A DNA stretch of 64,000 bases from Bugula neritina (taxonomy: Eukaryota > Animalia > Bryozoa): positions 4,418,707 through 4,482,706 of the forward strand of contig OZ037767.1 of NCBI GenBank assembly GCA_964035545.1, read 5' to 3'. Under the pieces are notes generated by a model, which saw only the letters and a program-made list of their open reading frames with translations, did no database searches and had not been told where the DNA came from. The translations under genes were made by a program, and so were the position numbers. Positions 63,285 to 64,000 of this stretch are shown piece after piece. How positions within the stretch are numbered: the stretch's first letter is position 1; every line of letters starts with the position of its first letter.

Positions 63285-63803
63285 TTCCGATTTTAAAAAT
63301 TCAATACTCTGTCCTGATGTACCGATGGAAACATGGCCAGTTTCTCTCAAAAATGTTTTAACTTACTTGAAAGCTTCAGTGAATGCTAACTTCTTTATTT
63401 TTCCCATTTTTATGACTCTAGGAATGTGTGTCTCACAAGAAAAATTAGCTAAATACTTGGCAGTGTTTGTGCAAATGCAGTCTATTTTGTGTATAGGAGT
63501 TAAGAAGGTAACAATGGTTGCCTGGCTACAAAATAAAATCAATGGAACCATTTGTTGTTATTTTTTAAGCACCTATACAAAACATTGTTTGATATTGTTG
63601 TTATATATAATGCTGAATGGTGAAAGCCAGTAAGCATGGCTTGTAAGATAATACTTTCATTATGTAATATGTAATAACAATCAGCTATAGCGGATAAAAT
63701 CAATTTTTCTTTTTCAGATATTTCTATTGATCTTAATTTAGCGTTTAAAATGCTCAAGATGTGCTTTGTATGTACATTGTCAGGTAATTTGGACAATATT
63801 TTT

Positions 63804-64000
63804 CCATGATATTGTAAACTTGAGCTGTAATATCTTGCACTGGTTTTAACATATATTTGTACATATGACTTGACGTCATATTTTTGCTAAATATTTTGTT
63901 GCTTATTCAACAATTTTAGTATGCTTACTCTATTATGTATATTTGTACATATCTTTCCAATATTTGCTGTATAATCAATGCAATTGTTTTTGTTTTAAGA
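63804..64000 (+). repeat. Dispersed direct repeat, copy 2 (runs off the window edge)
   Basis: Same orientation as 58668-58878, offset about 5122 bp. Confidence 0.9.

Overview
AT-rich, intron-rich animal (invertebrate-like) genomic DNA, not prokaryotic; the species cannot be fixed from sequence. Four protein-coding genes were reconstructed by hand from splice sites and reading-frame phase. (1) RTRAF/C14orf166 on the minus strand, 6 coding exons, 10248-14721. (2) A CCDC88 (Girdin/Daple) orthologue on the plus strand, about 39 exons and about 1,950 aa, 20670-51450, ending in the Daple-type WLEYGCV PDZ-binding motif. (3) A 10-exon, 448-aa PLD3/4/5-family type II membrane protein (52355-57876) that the ORF track does not reveal and in which both HKD catalytic motifs are destroyed. 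(4) A single-exon, about 900-aa ankyrin-repeat gene on the minus strand (60582-63284) with four near-identical 342-bp internal units, bracketed by a diverged direct repeat 5.12 kb apart. Mobile DNA: a 5'-truncated, ORF-intact LINE between the divergent RTRAF and CCDC88 genes, a 546-bp solo LTR with an ATAG target-site duplication, a MITE and two tRNA-derived SINE remnants. The most striking pattern is a set of unrelated intronic minisatellites placed at exon-intron boundaries. In at least seven the repeat unit contains the splice donor or acceptor itself (up to 25 copies of one 5' splice site), and another array repeats the TACTAAC branch-point/STAR-protein motif. CCDC88 also carries several candidate in-frame microexons and a possible alternative last exon that would remove the GCV motif. 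The first 10 kb has no convincing coding sequence.
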